A stretch of DNA of 64,000 bases from Myxococcota bacterium (GCA_036149055.1 JAYZQJ010000209.1:1-64000), one strand, 5' to 3'. Positions 47,971-57,275 are shown, numbered from the stretch's first letter. The notes: generated by a model not told the origin, from the letters alone. Program-made: numbers and translations.

Positions 47971-48543
47971 ATGGAGCGAGACGACGAGTCGCTCCTGATC
48001 GCGTGGCGTGAGGGGGATCGGGCCAGCGGCGAAGAGCTCTTCGCGCGCTACTTCGACCGCCTCTACGCGTTCTTCAGCGCCAAGGCGGACGCCGCCGAGG
48101 TCGCCGACCTCGTGCAGAAGGTCTTCGTCGGGTGCGTGGAGGGCGCGGGCCGGTTCCGCGGCGAGAGCACGGTGCGCGCCTACTTCTACGGCGTCGCCCG
48201 GAACGTGCTCTACCGCCACTACCGGACCCGGCGCCGGGCCCCCGAGGTCGACTTCGGGGTCTCCTCGCTCTTCGACCTCGCGCCCAGCCCCTCGTCGATC
48301 GTGCACCGCGCGGCGCGGGAGCGACGGCTCGCCGAGGCGCTCGAGCGGCTCCCTCTCGAGCTGCAGCTCCTGATCGAGCTGCGCTTCGACGAGGGGCTGA
48401 GCGGGCCGGAGCTGGCCGACGCGCTCGGGCTGAAGGAGGGCACGGTGCGCAGCCGGCTCCGGCGCGCGCTCGGGCTGCTGCGCGAGGCGCTGGCGGAGGC
48501 GCCCCCGGCGGAGCTCGAGCGGTGGGATCGCCTCGCCGAGTGA
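47971..48543 (+). CDS. ECF sigma-70 factor
   Basis: Region 2 (LFARY..RLY.FF, DLVQKVF, FRGES, YFYGVARN) and region 4 (LERLP...EGLS..ELA..LGL.EGTVRSRL.RA). Confidence 0.93.
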   Translation: MERDDESLLIAWREGDRASGEELFARYFDRLYAFFSAKADAAEVADLVQKVFVGCVEGAGRFRGESTVRAYFYGVARNVLYRHYRTRRRAPEVDFGVSSLFDLAPSPSSIVHRAARERRLAEALERLPLELQLLIELRFDEGLSGPELADALGLKEGTVRSRLRRALGLLREALAEAPPAELERWDRLAE

Positions 48544-51500
48544 ACGCCCGCCGCTTCACGCCCCTGGCCGTGCTCGGGCGCGGAGGGGGCGGCACGGTGG
48601 AGCGGGTGCACGACGCGCGGCGCGGGGCCGAGGTCGCGCTCAAGCGGCTGCGCGGCGCCGACCGCGCGCTCGAGGCCGCGCTGCGTCGGGAGCACCGGCT
48701 GCTGACCGGGCTGCGTCACCCGAGCCTGGTGATCCCGCTCGAGCTCGGCCGCGACGAGGAGGGCCTCTACCTGGTCAGCCCGCTCGCCGAGGGCGACGAC
48801 TTCGTGACCCACTGCCGCGGCTCCTGGCTGCGCATCGCGAGCGCGGTGCCCCAGCTGCTCTCGGCGCTGCGTTACCTGCACGAGCGCGGCCTCACCCACG
48901 GCGATCTCTCGCCGGCGAACGTGCGCGTCGCGCCGAGCGGGCGGCTCCGGCTGATCGACTTCGGCCTCGCCGGCCTCGAGGGCGAGCGGCTCGCCCCGCG
49001 CGGCGGCACCCCCGGGTACGCCGCGCCCGAGCGGCTCGCCGGCGGGGGGCCGTCTGCGGCCTCGGACCTGCACGCGTTCGGCGCGCTGCTCGACGCGGTG
49101 GCGCCCCGGCCGAGGCCGGTGGCGGTGGAGGCCTGTCTCGCGGCGCTGCGGGGAGCCCCCTCCACGCGCCCCTCGGCGGCGTCGCTCGAGGAGTCGCTGC
49201 TGCCGGCCCTCGGCGCGGCCTCTCCCGCGCCGCCGCTGGAGCGCGGCGGGGGGCTGGTCGGGCGGGCCGCGCTGATCGGGCAGGTGACCGGCGCGCTGCT
49301 CGGCGAGCGCTCGGTCTTGCTGACCGGGCCCTCGGGCGTCGGGAAGACGGCCCTGCTCGACGCGATCGCCGAGCGGCTGTCCGGCGCTCGCCTGGTGATG
49401 CGGGCGCGCGCGCGACCCGGATCGCGGGCCCCGTTCGAGGCGCTCGACCAGCTCTTCGAGGGGGCGACCTCGGCGCTCGGGCCTCCGTCCCCGGAGCTCC
49501 GCGAGGTCGCGGCGCGCCTCGGACGCCACTCGGTCGCGCTCGCCGGCTGGATCGACCAGAGCCCGCACGCGCTCCGGACGAAGGCCGAGCTGCGCGCGAA
49601 GCTCTTCGGTGGGCGCGTCGAGCCGGACGTGGCGCGGGACGTGGCCGCCTTGCTCGCCGCCTTGCCGGCGCCGCTCCTGATCCTCGACGACCTCCACTGG
49701 TTCGACCCCGACTCGCGGACCTGCCTCCGGACGCTCGTCGAGCGAGGTGAGGCGCTCGTGCTCGCGGCGGCTCGCTCGGCCGTCGCCGCCGACTTCCCCT
49801 GCGCGCGGGTGGATGTCGCGCCGCTCGACGACGAGGCGATGCGCCGGCTGCTCGCGGCCACCGGGGTCGACGGGACCCACGCGCGCCGCGTCGCGGAGGG
49901 CGCGCACGGGCTGCCGGGCCTGGCGCTGCTCGCTGCGAGGTTCGCGCGTGGTGAGCGGCCGCTGGAGCGGGCGCTGAGCGAGCGGGTGCGGGAGCTGGCC
50001 GACCGCGAGCGCCGGGCCCTGGCCGCGCTCTGGGTGGCGGGTGGCCCCCTGGAGAGCGGAGAGCTGGGCGACGACGTGTGCGCGACGCTCGACGCGGCCG
50101 GCCTGATCTCGCGCTCGGGCTCGCGCGTAGACCTCGTGCACGACGCGTTGCGCGCTCCGCTCGCGGTCGCGCTCGGCGAGGACTGGCTGCGGACGGCCCG
50201 GCTCGAGCGCGCGACCGAGCCCGAGGTGCCCGCGGCGGCGCGGGTCGAGGCGTTCCTGGCGCTGGGGGACGAGCGCCGGGCGGCGGAGCTCGCGCGCGTC
50301 GCGATCGTGGAGGCGACCGAGGCGGGGGCGCCGCGTCGCGCGGCCGAGCTCTGGGAGATCGTCGCCCGCGTGGACCCGTCGGCGCGCCTGGAGCACGCGC
50401 GCGCGCTCGCGCTCGCCGGAGAGCACGACGCCGCCGCGGAGCGATTCCGGGCGCTCGCGGACGAGACGGAGGGCGTGGAGCGACGGGCCCACACCCTCGC
50501 GCGGGCCCACGCCCTGCTCGCGGCGCGGCGCGTCGCCGAGGGGAAGGCGGCGCTCGGCGCGGCGCTCGGGGCTCCGGCGCCTCCGCGGCGCACGCTGCTG
50601 CGGTTCCTCCGAGGGCCACGACCGGAGCCCGCGCGGCTGGACCTCGACGGCGCCGAGCTGGCGCTGCGTGACGCCGCGCTCGCCGCGTACTTCGATCTGC
50701 TCGAGGGCGTGCGGCTGGCGCTCGACGCCCGGAGCGGCTTCGTGGGCCGCGATCCGGCGCTCGGCGCCTGGGCCGACTCGCTGCTCGCGTTCTTCGCGCG
50801 CTTCGCCGGCGCGACCTGGCTCTCCGAGCGCTACCGCCGCGCCGCGGCCCGCTGGGGGGCCGACCACGCGAGGCCGATCGTGGCCCAGTTCCCGACGTTC
50901 CTCGACGCCTACGACGAGCTCCGGAGCGGGAGCGCCGCCCGCGCGGTGGAGCTGCTCGACCACGCGCTCGCGGAGCTCGAGGGCACGCCCGACGCGCGCT
51001 CGTTCGAGGCCCAGCTCGTCCTCAGCCTCCGCACCAGCGCGGTGATCAAGACGCAGCGCCTCCCCGCGCTGCAGGCCGCGGTGGCGCGGTTCGAGGCGAA
51101 CACCCGCCTTCAGGCCGACGTCGCGCTGCACGTGCACGTCGAGACGGCGCGCGCGGTGGCGCGGGTGTGGGAGGGGCGCTTCGAGGACGCGGTCCGAGGG
51201 CTCGAGCGGGCCGAGGCGGCCTGGCCCGCGCGTCCGCGGCTGCTCCAGCACCTCCTGCTCGAGGCCTACGCCGCCTGGCCGCGCGCGCTGCTGGGGGACG
51301 CGCCGGCCGCGCACGAGGCGCTCGCCGCCGCCCTCCGCGGTCACCGCGCGATGCTGCTCTCGGCCTACGGACCCATCCTGCTGGCCTTCTCGGCCGCGAC
51401 CGAGCTCGCCGCCCACCGGGCCGGGCACGCGAGCGCCTCCCCGCGCCGCGCGCTGTCTCACGCGCTGCTCTCGGCCGGGCGACCCTCGTTCGCGAGCGGC

Positions 51501-51716
51501 CTCGCCCGCCGGGTGATCGCCCACGTGACCGGGCGGGGCTGGGCGCGGGTCGAGCGCGCCGCGCGCCGAGACGACCAGCCGATCGACCTCGCGCTCGCGA
51601 TCCACGCGCGCGGCGTCGCCACGCGGGACGCCCGGCTCCGGGGCCGCGCGCGAGAGATCCTGGCCGACGCCGGCGCCAGCCCGCGCCTGCTCGAGGAGCG
51701 CGAGCGCCTCGCGTGA
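48540..51716 (+). CDS. Cytoplasmic Ser/Thr kinase + P-loop ATPase + TPR-like helical protein
   Basis: GRGGGG, ALK, HGDLSPAN, DFG and GTPGYAAPE. Walker A GPSGVGKT, Walker B LLILDDLHW. GTGA overlap with the sigma gene. Confidence 0.88.
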   Translation: MNARRFTPLAVLGRGGGGTVERVHDARRGAEVALKRLRGADRALEAALRREHRLLTGLRHPSLVIPLELGRDEEGLYLVSPLAEGDDFVTHCRGSWLRIASAVPQLLSALRYLHERGLTHGDLSPANVRVAPSGRLRLIDFGLAGLEGERLAPRGGTPGYAAPERLAGGGPSAASDLHAFGALLDAVAPRPRPVAVEACLAALRGAPSTRPSAASLEESLLPALGAASPAPPLERGGGLVGRAALIGQVTGALLGERSVLLTGPSGVGKTALLDAIAERLSGARLVMRARARPGSRAPFEALDQLFEGATSALGPPSPELREVAARLGRHSVALAGWIDQSPHALRTKAELRAKLFGGRVEPDVARDVAALLAALPAPLLILDDLHWFDPDSRTCLRTLVERGEALVLAAARSAVAADFPCARVDVAPLDDEAMRRLLAATGVDGTHARRVAEGAHGLPGLALLAARFARGERPLERALSERVRELADRERRALAALWVAGGPLESGELGDDVCATLDAAGLISRSGSRVDLVHDALRAPLAVALGEDWLRTARLERATEPEVPAAARVEAFLALGDERRAAELARVAIVEATEAGAPRRAAELWEIVARVDPSARLEHARALALAGEHDAAAERFRALADETEGVERRAHTLARAHALLAARRVAEGKAALGAALGAPAPPRRTLLRFLRGPRPEPARLDLDGAELALRDAALAAYFDLLEGVRLALDARSGFVGRDPALGAWADSLLAFFARFAGATWLSERYRRAAARWGADHARPIVAQFPTFLDAYDELRSGSAARAVELLDHALAELEGTPDARSFEAQLVLSLRTSAVIKTQRLPALQAAVARFEANTRLQADVALHVHVETARAVARVWEGRFEDAVRGLERAEAAWPARPRLLQHLLLEAYAAWPRALLGDAPAAHEALAAALRGHRAMLLSAYGPILLAFSAATELAAHRAGHASASPRRALSHALLSAGRPSFASGLARRVIAHVTGRGWARVERAARRDDQPIDLALAIHARGVATRDARLRGRAREILADAGASPRLLEERERLA

Positions 51717-51740
51717 TCGAATCCGCTCCGCCGGGCACTC
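51713..51740 (+). promoter_or_regulatory. Candidate ECF promoter, copy 3
   Basis: GTGATCGAAT-CCGCTCCGCC-GGGCACTC overlapping the kinase stop, then GGAGG and the ATG at 51758. Confidence 0.75.
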
Positions 51741-51757
51741 CCGGGGCGGAGGTGAGA

Positions 51758-51979
51758 ATGAGAAGAGCGATGTGCGCGGCGATCCTGGCCCTCGGCCTGG
51801 CGTCGTTCGGCTGCAGCGACGACGGCGGCGATGGCGGAGGCTTCTGCTCCGCGGGCACCCTGGACTGCACCTGCCACCCCGGCTTCGGCTGCGAAGAGGG
51901 CCTGAGCTGCGTCGAGCGGGTCTGCGTGGACTGCGAAGCGACGCCCGGCGCGTGCGCCAGCCCGGACGGCGGCATGTAG
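51758..51979 (+). CDS. 73-aa Cys-rich lipoprotein, paralogous to the N-terminal domain of 47479..47943
   Basis: SFGC lipobox and FCSAGTLDCTC...CVERVCVDCEATPGAC. Confidence 0.8.
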   Translation: MRRAMCAAILALGLASFGCSDDGGDGGGFCSAGTLDCTCHPGFGCEEGLSCVERVCVDCEATPGACASPDGGM

Positions 51980-51985
51980 GCGGGA

Positions 51986-52065
51986 TGGGGATGGGGAAGG
52001 TCGTCCCCGTAGCTCGGAGACTGCGTCTCCGAGGGGGGGCGCGGGGGCGATCTTCCCCATCCCCA
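51986..52065. repeat. REP/MITE-like nested inverted repeat
   Basis: 24-bp arms TGGGGATGGGGAAGGTCGTCCCCG / CGGGGGCGATCTTCCCCATCCCCA (two G-T pairs) enclosing the hairpin CTCGGAGAC-TGC-GTCTCCGAG. Confidence 0.8.
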
Positions 52066-52070
52066 GACCT

Positions 52071-52508
52071 TCAGGGCCGACACGCCTCGTGGTGCATCCG
52101 GGTCCGCGCGATCAGCGCGTCGAGCGATCCGCGTCTTGGCGGGAGCCGGCGCCCGCCTTCGGTCTCGAGGAGCCGCCCGAGCGCGTCGAGGTCCCCCGCC
52201 CCCGCGGGGTCGCAGGTGAGCAGGCTCGCGCGGATCCGCTCCACGTGCTGCAGGGCGCGGGTCCACGCGCGATGACGCTCGCGCACCTCGTCCCAGGCCC
52301 GCCGGTCGGCGCCTGTCAGGTGCAGGGCCGCGAGCGCGTCCCGCTCGTTCTCCGCGTTCATCGCGATCTCGGCCCACGCGTCGCGCAGCGCATCCGCTCC
52401 ATCCAGGCAGGCCGGGCGCGCCGGGCAGCGGGGAGGCGGCGGCGCCTGCGCTCCGCAGCCCACGGCGAGCGCCAGCCCCAGCACGCGCGCGGCCGTCCCG
52501 ATCGTCAT
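52071..52508 (-). CDS. Lipoprotein, hypothetical
   Basis: MTIGTAARVLGLALAVGC lipobox, ATGA overlap. Confidence 0.65.
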   Translation of the reverse strand: MTIGTAARVLGLALAVGCGAQAPPPPRCPARPACLDGADALRDAWAEIAMNAENERDALAALHLTGADRRAWDEVRERHRAWTRALQHVERIRASLLTCDPAGAGDLDALGRLLETEGGRRLPPRRGSLDALIARTRMHHEACRP

Positions 52509-53035
52509 GCGGCCTGGTTCATCTGCTCGCGGAGCCCTCGCTCGTCGATCACGAAGTAATGATACGACTCGAACAGGGTGAGCAGCAGGCCGACGCGGCA
52601 GGGGGGCGCGTCGGCGAAGACGCGCTCGTACTCCGCCTCGATGCGCTCGCGGCTCGGGTCGGTCTCCCGGATGCGCAGCGCGCCGACGAAGTCTCGGTCG
52701 CCCAGGCGATTGGCGGCGCGCACGACGCACTTCGGGGCGCCCTGCACGCCCTCCAGCACGTGCCCGAACCACTCGGTCATCTCCTTCTCGACGTCCCAGT
52801 CGGCGTGCGCCTGGACGAGCGCGAGCCAGCCGCGGCGCCCGTCGGTGACGAGGGTGAGCTCGACGGAGATCGACGTGTACGGATCGCCCGCGCCGGGGAG
52901 CCCGTCGGGGACCCCGGAGAGCACCTCGGCCGCGCAGACGTGGAGCGAGCTGTGCTCCATGTAGCGGACGACGCGCTCGGCGAGCTGGTAGTCGAGGTAG
53001 GGGTCGGATTCGATCGGCAGGTCGGGCTTCTCCAT
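52505..53035 (-). CDS. Hypothetical protein
   Basis: MEKPDLPIESD... after GGAGG. Confidence 0.7.
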   Translation of the reverse strand: MEKPDLPIESDPYLDYQLAERVVRYMEHSSLHVCAAEVLSGVPDGLPGAGDPYTSISVELTLVTDGRRGWLALVQAHADWDVEKEMTEWFGHVLEGVQGAPKCVVRAANRLGDRDFVGALRIRETDPSRERIEAEYERVFADAPPCRVGLLLTLFESYHYFVIDERGLREQMNQAA

Positions 53036-53140
53036 GCGGTCCTCCAGGTGATGGCGGCCTATCGGAGTCACGAGAGGGCGGTTGCGTCTGACTTCGAGAA
53101 CCCCGAGCACCGCGCATGGGCGGTGCTATGCCATCCCTCG

Positions 53141-54124
53141 ATGGCTCAGCTCGACGTGACGCGTGGGAGGATGCGGCTGCCGGTGATCGGCGCGCCGCTC
53201 TTCATCATCTCCAACCCCAAGCTCGTGATCGCCCAGTGCAAGGCGGGGATCGTGGGCTCGTTCCCGGCGCTGAACGCGCGGCCGCAGAGCCAGCTCGACG
53301 AGTGGCTCGACGAGATCACCTCGGCGCTCCGGGCGCACGACGAGGCGCACCCGGAGGCGCCGTCGGCGCCCTTCGCGGTCAACCAGATCGTGCACCGCTC
53401 GAACGACCGCCTCGAGGCGGACATGGCGGTCTGCGAGAAGTACCGCGTGCCCATCGTGATCACGTCGCTCGGGGCGCGGGTCGAGGTGAACGACGCCGTG
53501 CACGGCTGGGGCGGCAAGACGCTCCACGACATCATCAACCTCCGCTTCGCGAACAAGGCGCTCGAGAAGGGCGCGGACGGCCTCATCCCGGTCTGCGCCG
53601 GCGCGGGCGGCCACGCGGGCACGCTCTCACCGTTCGCGCTCGTGCCCGAGATCCGGAAGTTCTTCGACGGCCCCATCGCGCTCTCCGGCGCGATCGCGAC
53701 CGGCGGCGCGGTGCTCGCGGCGGAGGCGGTCGGCGCGGACTACGCGTACATCGGCTCCGCCTTCATCGCGACCGAGGAGGCGAGGGCGTCCGAGGACTAC
53801 AAGCGCGCCATCGTCGCGGGCGGCGCCGAGGACATCGTCTACACGAACCTCTTCACCGGCGTGCACGGCAACTACCTGCGCGGCTCGATCGAGAAGGCGG
53901 GCCTCGACCCGGACGCGCTCCCGGAGGCCGACCCGAGCAAGATGGACTTCGGCTCCGGCGGCAACACCGACGCCAAGGCCTGGAAGGACATCTGGGGCTC
54001 GGGGCAGGGGATCGGCGCCGTCGAGGCGGTGCAGGGCGCGGGCGACTTCGTCGCGAAGCTGGCCGAGGAGTACGAGGCCGCCCGCGCGCGGATCAGCCTC
54101 GCTTCAGGCCGCGCTCCTCGATGA
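53141..54124 (+). CDS. Nitronate monooxygenase (2-nitropropane dioxygenase) family
   Basis: LPVIGAPLFIIS, GAGGHAG, LSGAIATG, YIGSAFIATEE and WKDIWGSGQG. Confidence 0.93.
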   Translation: MAQLDVTRGRMRLPVIGAPLFIISNPKLVIAQCKAGIVGSFPALNARPQSQLDEWLDEITSALRAHDEAHPEAPSAPFAVNQIVHRSNDRLEADMAVCEKYRVPIVITSLGARVEVNDAVHGWGGKTLHDIINLRFANKALEKGADGLIPVCAGAGGHAGTLSPFALVPEIRKFFDGPIALSGAIATGGAVLAAEAVGADYAYIGSAFIATEEARASEDYKRAIVAGGAEDIVYTNLFTGVHGNYLRGSIEKAGLDPDALPEADPSKMDFGSGGNTDAKAWKDIWGSGQGIGAVEAVQGAGDFVAKLAEEYEAARARISLASGRAPR

Positions 54125-54719
54125 TGCGGTCGTTGATCTCCTGCGAGCGCACGTAGGCCGGACGCTCCTGGAGGCGCTCGACGTACGCCATGTACTCGGG
54201 GCGCTTGTCGAGCATGCCGAACATCGTCATCCAGCGGAGCGTGCCGCCGAAGACGACGTCGGCCATCGTGAACTGCTCGCCGAGCAGCCAGGGGCCTTCC
54301 CCCACGGCCTCGCTGATGGTGTCGAGCATCTCCTCGTAGCTACCCCAGCCCGCCTGACCGGGCTTGAACTCCCAGCTCGCCGCCTTCGCCAGGCAGCCCG
54401 GCTCGATCACGGACGGCGCGTAGAAGGACCAGCGCAGGTAGGTCCCCCGCTCCGGCGCGTCGGGCTTCGGCGCGAGCCGCCCGAGCGCGTAGCGATCGCC
54501 GAGGTAGAGGGCGATCGCCGCCGCCTCGGTCACCACCACGTCGTCGTCGACGAGGGTGGGGATCTTGCCCATGGGGTTCAGCTTCTTGAAGGCGGGTTGC
54601 TTCTGTACGCCCTTCATGATGTCGAGGTGCTCGAGCGCATACTCGCAGCCGACCTCCTCGAGCATCCAGAGGACACCGGCGGCGCGCGTGAAGGGGTGGT
54701 GATGGAGGGTCAGTGTCAT
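54093..54719 (-). CDS. Glutathione S-transferase family protein
   Basis: WMLEE, LNPMGKIPTL, TEAAAIALYL and FTMADV motifs. Confidence 0.92.
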   Translation of the reverse strand: MTLTLHHHPFTRAAGVLWMLEEVGCEYALEHLDIMKGVQKQPAFKKLNPMGKIPTLVDDDVVVTEAAAIALYLGDRYALGRLAPKPDAPERGTYLRWSFYAPSVIEPGCLAKAASWEFKPGQAGWGSYEEMLDTISEAVGEGPWLLGEQFTMADVVFGGTLRWMTMFGMLDKRPEYMAYVERLQERPAYVRSQEINDRIIEERGLKRG

Positions 54720-54757
54720 GGGCCGGAGCCTACCTCAGCGTGTAGAACGAGGGACCG

Positions 54758-56299
54758 ATGCCCTCGATGACCACGCCCTACGAGGTCGAGCAAGTGCAGG
54801 AGCGAGTGCTGCTGTACCTCCAGGTGGTCCTCGCCATCGACTTCGCGGCCCACGTCAGCGACCTCGTGATGCCGCCGCTGGTGGGGTGGGGCTCGGAGGG
54901 GCTGATGGGCACCTACACCCAGCTCCGCTGGATCGTGAGCAGCCTGCTGGTCGCGGGCTGGGCGCTGGCGCGCTTCACCCGGCCGCGCCGGTGGCTGCTC
55001 GAGTCGCTGGAGAGCGTGCTGACGGTGGGGCTCGCGATCGTCTACGGCTACCTCTCCCTCGAGCTGACGCGGGTGGGGCCCGAGGTCTCGGGGGTGGCGT
55101 TCACCGTGATCGGCGTGGTCTTGCTGCTCGTCTTGCGCGCGGCGCTGGTGCCCAGCAACGTCGTGCGCACGGTCGTCGTCGGCGCGGCGTCGTTCGGCTG
55201 CGCCTTCGTGGTGGCGCGCGAGTCGCTGATGCGGGTGGACGCGGTGTCCCGCGAGGGCATGGTCTTCATGAGCGGCGCGTTCGTGGTCGCGACCGCGGTG
55301 ACCTCGCGCGTGATCTACGGCCTGCGCAGGGAGGTGCGGACCGCGATGCGGCTCGGGCAGTATCAGCTCGGGCGCAAGCTGGGGGAGGGCGGCATGGGCA
55401 TCGTGCACGAGGCGACGCATCTCATGCTGCGGCGCCCGACCGCGGTGAAGCTCCTGCCGGTGGAGAAGGTGGGGGAGCGCACGGTGGCGCGCTTCGAGCG
55501 CGAGGTGCAGCAGACCAGCCGGCTCGAGCACCCCAACAGCGTGCGCATCTACGACTACGGCCGGACGCCGGAGGGGCAGTTCTACTACGCGATGGAGTAC
55601 CTCGACGGGGTGACGCTGGAGCAGCTCGTGGCGCGCGAGGGGCCGCTGCCCGAGGCGCGCGCGGCGCACATCCTGGCGCAGGCGGCGCACGCCCTCGCGG
55701 AGGCTCACGCCCTCGGCCTCGTGCACCGCGACGTGAAGCCGGCGAACCTGATGATCTGCGACCGCGGGCGCATCCCCGATACGGTCAAGGTGCTCGACTT
55801 CGGGCTGGTGAAGGTGACCGACGAGCCGGAGGCGGGGCTCGACATCACGCACGCCAACGCCATCGTGGGCACGCCGCAGTACCTCGCGCCCGAGGCCATC
55901 ACCGACGCGAGCGCGGTCGGCCCCGCGTCGGACGTCTACGCGCTGGGCGGGGTGGCGTTCTTCCTCGTCACGGGGCGGCACGTGTTCACCGGAAGGTCCG
56001 TGGTCGAGGTCTGCGCGCAGCACCTCAACGCGCCCGCGCCGCGCCCGTCCGAGGTGCTCGGGCGCCGGGTCGATCCCGACTACGAGGCCCTGGTCGCGCA
56101 CTGCCTGGAGAAGGACCCCGGGGCGCGCCCTCGGGACGGCGCGGAGCTCGCGGACGCGATCGAGCGGCTGCAGCTCGCGGGCTGGACGACGGCCGATGCG
56201 CGCGCGTGGTGGGACGACTTCTCGACCGACGAGGGTGGAGACGAGGAGGCCGCGACGGCGCCCACGCAGCTCGCCGTCGACTTCGAGACCCGGGCCTGA
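54758..56299 (+). CDS. Ser/Thr kinase with multi-TM N-terminal sensor
   Basis: About six TM helices, then LGQY.L..KLGEGGMG, HRDVKPAN, DFG and GTPQYLAPE. Confidence 0.93.
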   Translation: MPSMTTPYEVEQVQERVLLYLQVVLAIDFAAHVSDLVMPPLVGWGSEGLMGTYTQLRWIVSSLLVAGWALARFTRPRRWLLESLESVLTVGLAIVYGYLSLELTRVGPEVSGVAFTVIGVVLLLVLRAALVPSNVVRTVVVGAASFGCAFVVARESLMRVDAVSREGMVFMSGAFVVATAVTSRVIYGLRREVRTAMRLGQYQLGRKLGEGGMGIVHEATHLMLRRPTAVKLLPVEKVGERTVARFEREVQQTSRLEHPNSVRIYDYGRTPEGQFYYAMEYLDGVTLEQLVAREGPLPEARAAHILAQAAHALAEAHALGLVHRDVKPANLMICDRGRIPDTVKVLDFGLVKVTDEPEAGLDITHANAIVGTPQYLAPEAITDASAVGPASDVYALGGVAFFLVTGRHVFTGRSVVEVCAQHLNAPAPRPSEVLGRRVDPDYEALVAHCLEKDPGARPRDGAELADAIERLQLAGWTTADARAWWDDFSTDEGGDEEAATAPTQLAVDFETRA

Positions 56300-56302
56300 T
56301 CT

Positions 56303-57187
56303 TCACCGGGCGAGGCACTCGACGAGCAGGTCGAAGACCACGCGGATCCGGCGGCTCGTCCGGACCTCACGGTGGGCGGTGACCCAGAGCGGCACCGGGA
56401 ACGCGACGTCGGGGGCGACGCGCACGACGGCGGGCTCGGCGTCGCCGACCTCCTCCATCACCATGCACAGCGCCACCCCTCGCTTGCAGAGCTCCCACTG
56501 CACGAGGTGGTTCTCGGTGACGACCGGGAAGTGCGCGCGGGTCAGCTCCACGCCGAGGCGGCGGAGGCCGTCGATCATGAGGGTGGAGCGGTCGAAGGCG
56601 AACAGCTCGGCGCGCTCGAGGTCCTCCGGTGCCTCGAGCGGGCCGACGCGCTCGAGGTAGCTCGGGGCGGCGTAGACGCGCGCCATGGACTCGCCGACCT
56701 TTCGGGCGATGAGGTCCGGCTCCTTCGGCTGGAAGTTCCGGATGGCGATGTCCGCCTCGCGCCGGCGCAGGTCGCGCGCGCTGTTGGACGCGACGATCTC
56801 GAGCTCGATCGCGGGGTGGGCCTCGCGGACGCGGAGCACGGCGGGGCCGAGCAGGTGCGCGGCGACGAGCTCGCTCGCGGTGACGCAGACGGGGCCCTCG
56901 ACCGACAGCGCCTGTCCGGTCGCCGACAGCGAGACCCGGGTCGCCGCCTCGCCCATCTCGCGCACGTGCTCGACGAGGTCGCCCCCCGCGGTGGTCAGCT
57001 CCAGCGCGTTGCCGATGCGCTCGAAGAGCGTCACGCCGAGCTCCTCCTCCAGCTGCGCGACCTGGCGCCCGATGGTCGGCTGCGAGACGCCGAGCGCGCG
57101 GGCGGCCGCCGAGAAGGACCCCTCCTCGGCGCTCACGAGGAACGCCTTCGCCCGGTTCCAGTCGAAGCGCACCGACCGCCAGTCCAT
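56303..57187 (-). CDS. LysR family regulator
   Basis: EEGSFSAAARALGVSQPTIGRQV..LEEELGVTLFER. Confidence 0.95.
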   Translation of the reverse strand: MDWRSVRFDWNRAKAFLVSAEEGSFSAAARALGVSQPTIGRQVAQLEEELGVTLFERIGNALELTTAGGDLVEHVREMGEAATRVSLSATGQALSVEGPVCVTASELVAAHLLGPAVLRVREAHPAIELEIVASNSARDLRRREADIAIRNFQPKEPDLIARKVGESMARVYAAPSYLERVGPLEAPEDLERAELFAFDRSTLMIDGLRRLGVELTRAHFPVVTENHLVQWELCKRGVALCMVMEEVGDAEPAVVRVAPDVAFPVPLWVTAHREVRTSRRIRVVFDLLVECLAR

Positions 57188-57275
57188 GCAATAACGCATA
57201 ACATGGATTCGGAACTGGGGGTCGCCTCAATGGAAGTGCATGGATAGAACGGGAGGGCACTCGAAAGGAGCCCTC

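Noticed and set aside
57186..57241. LysR T-N11-A box
   Set aside because: AT-rich dyads are present but the spacing does not clearly fit, so no specific site is called.
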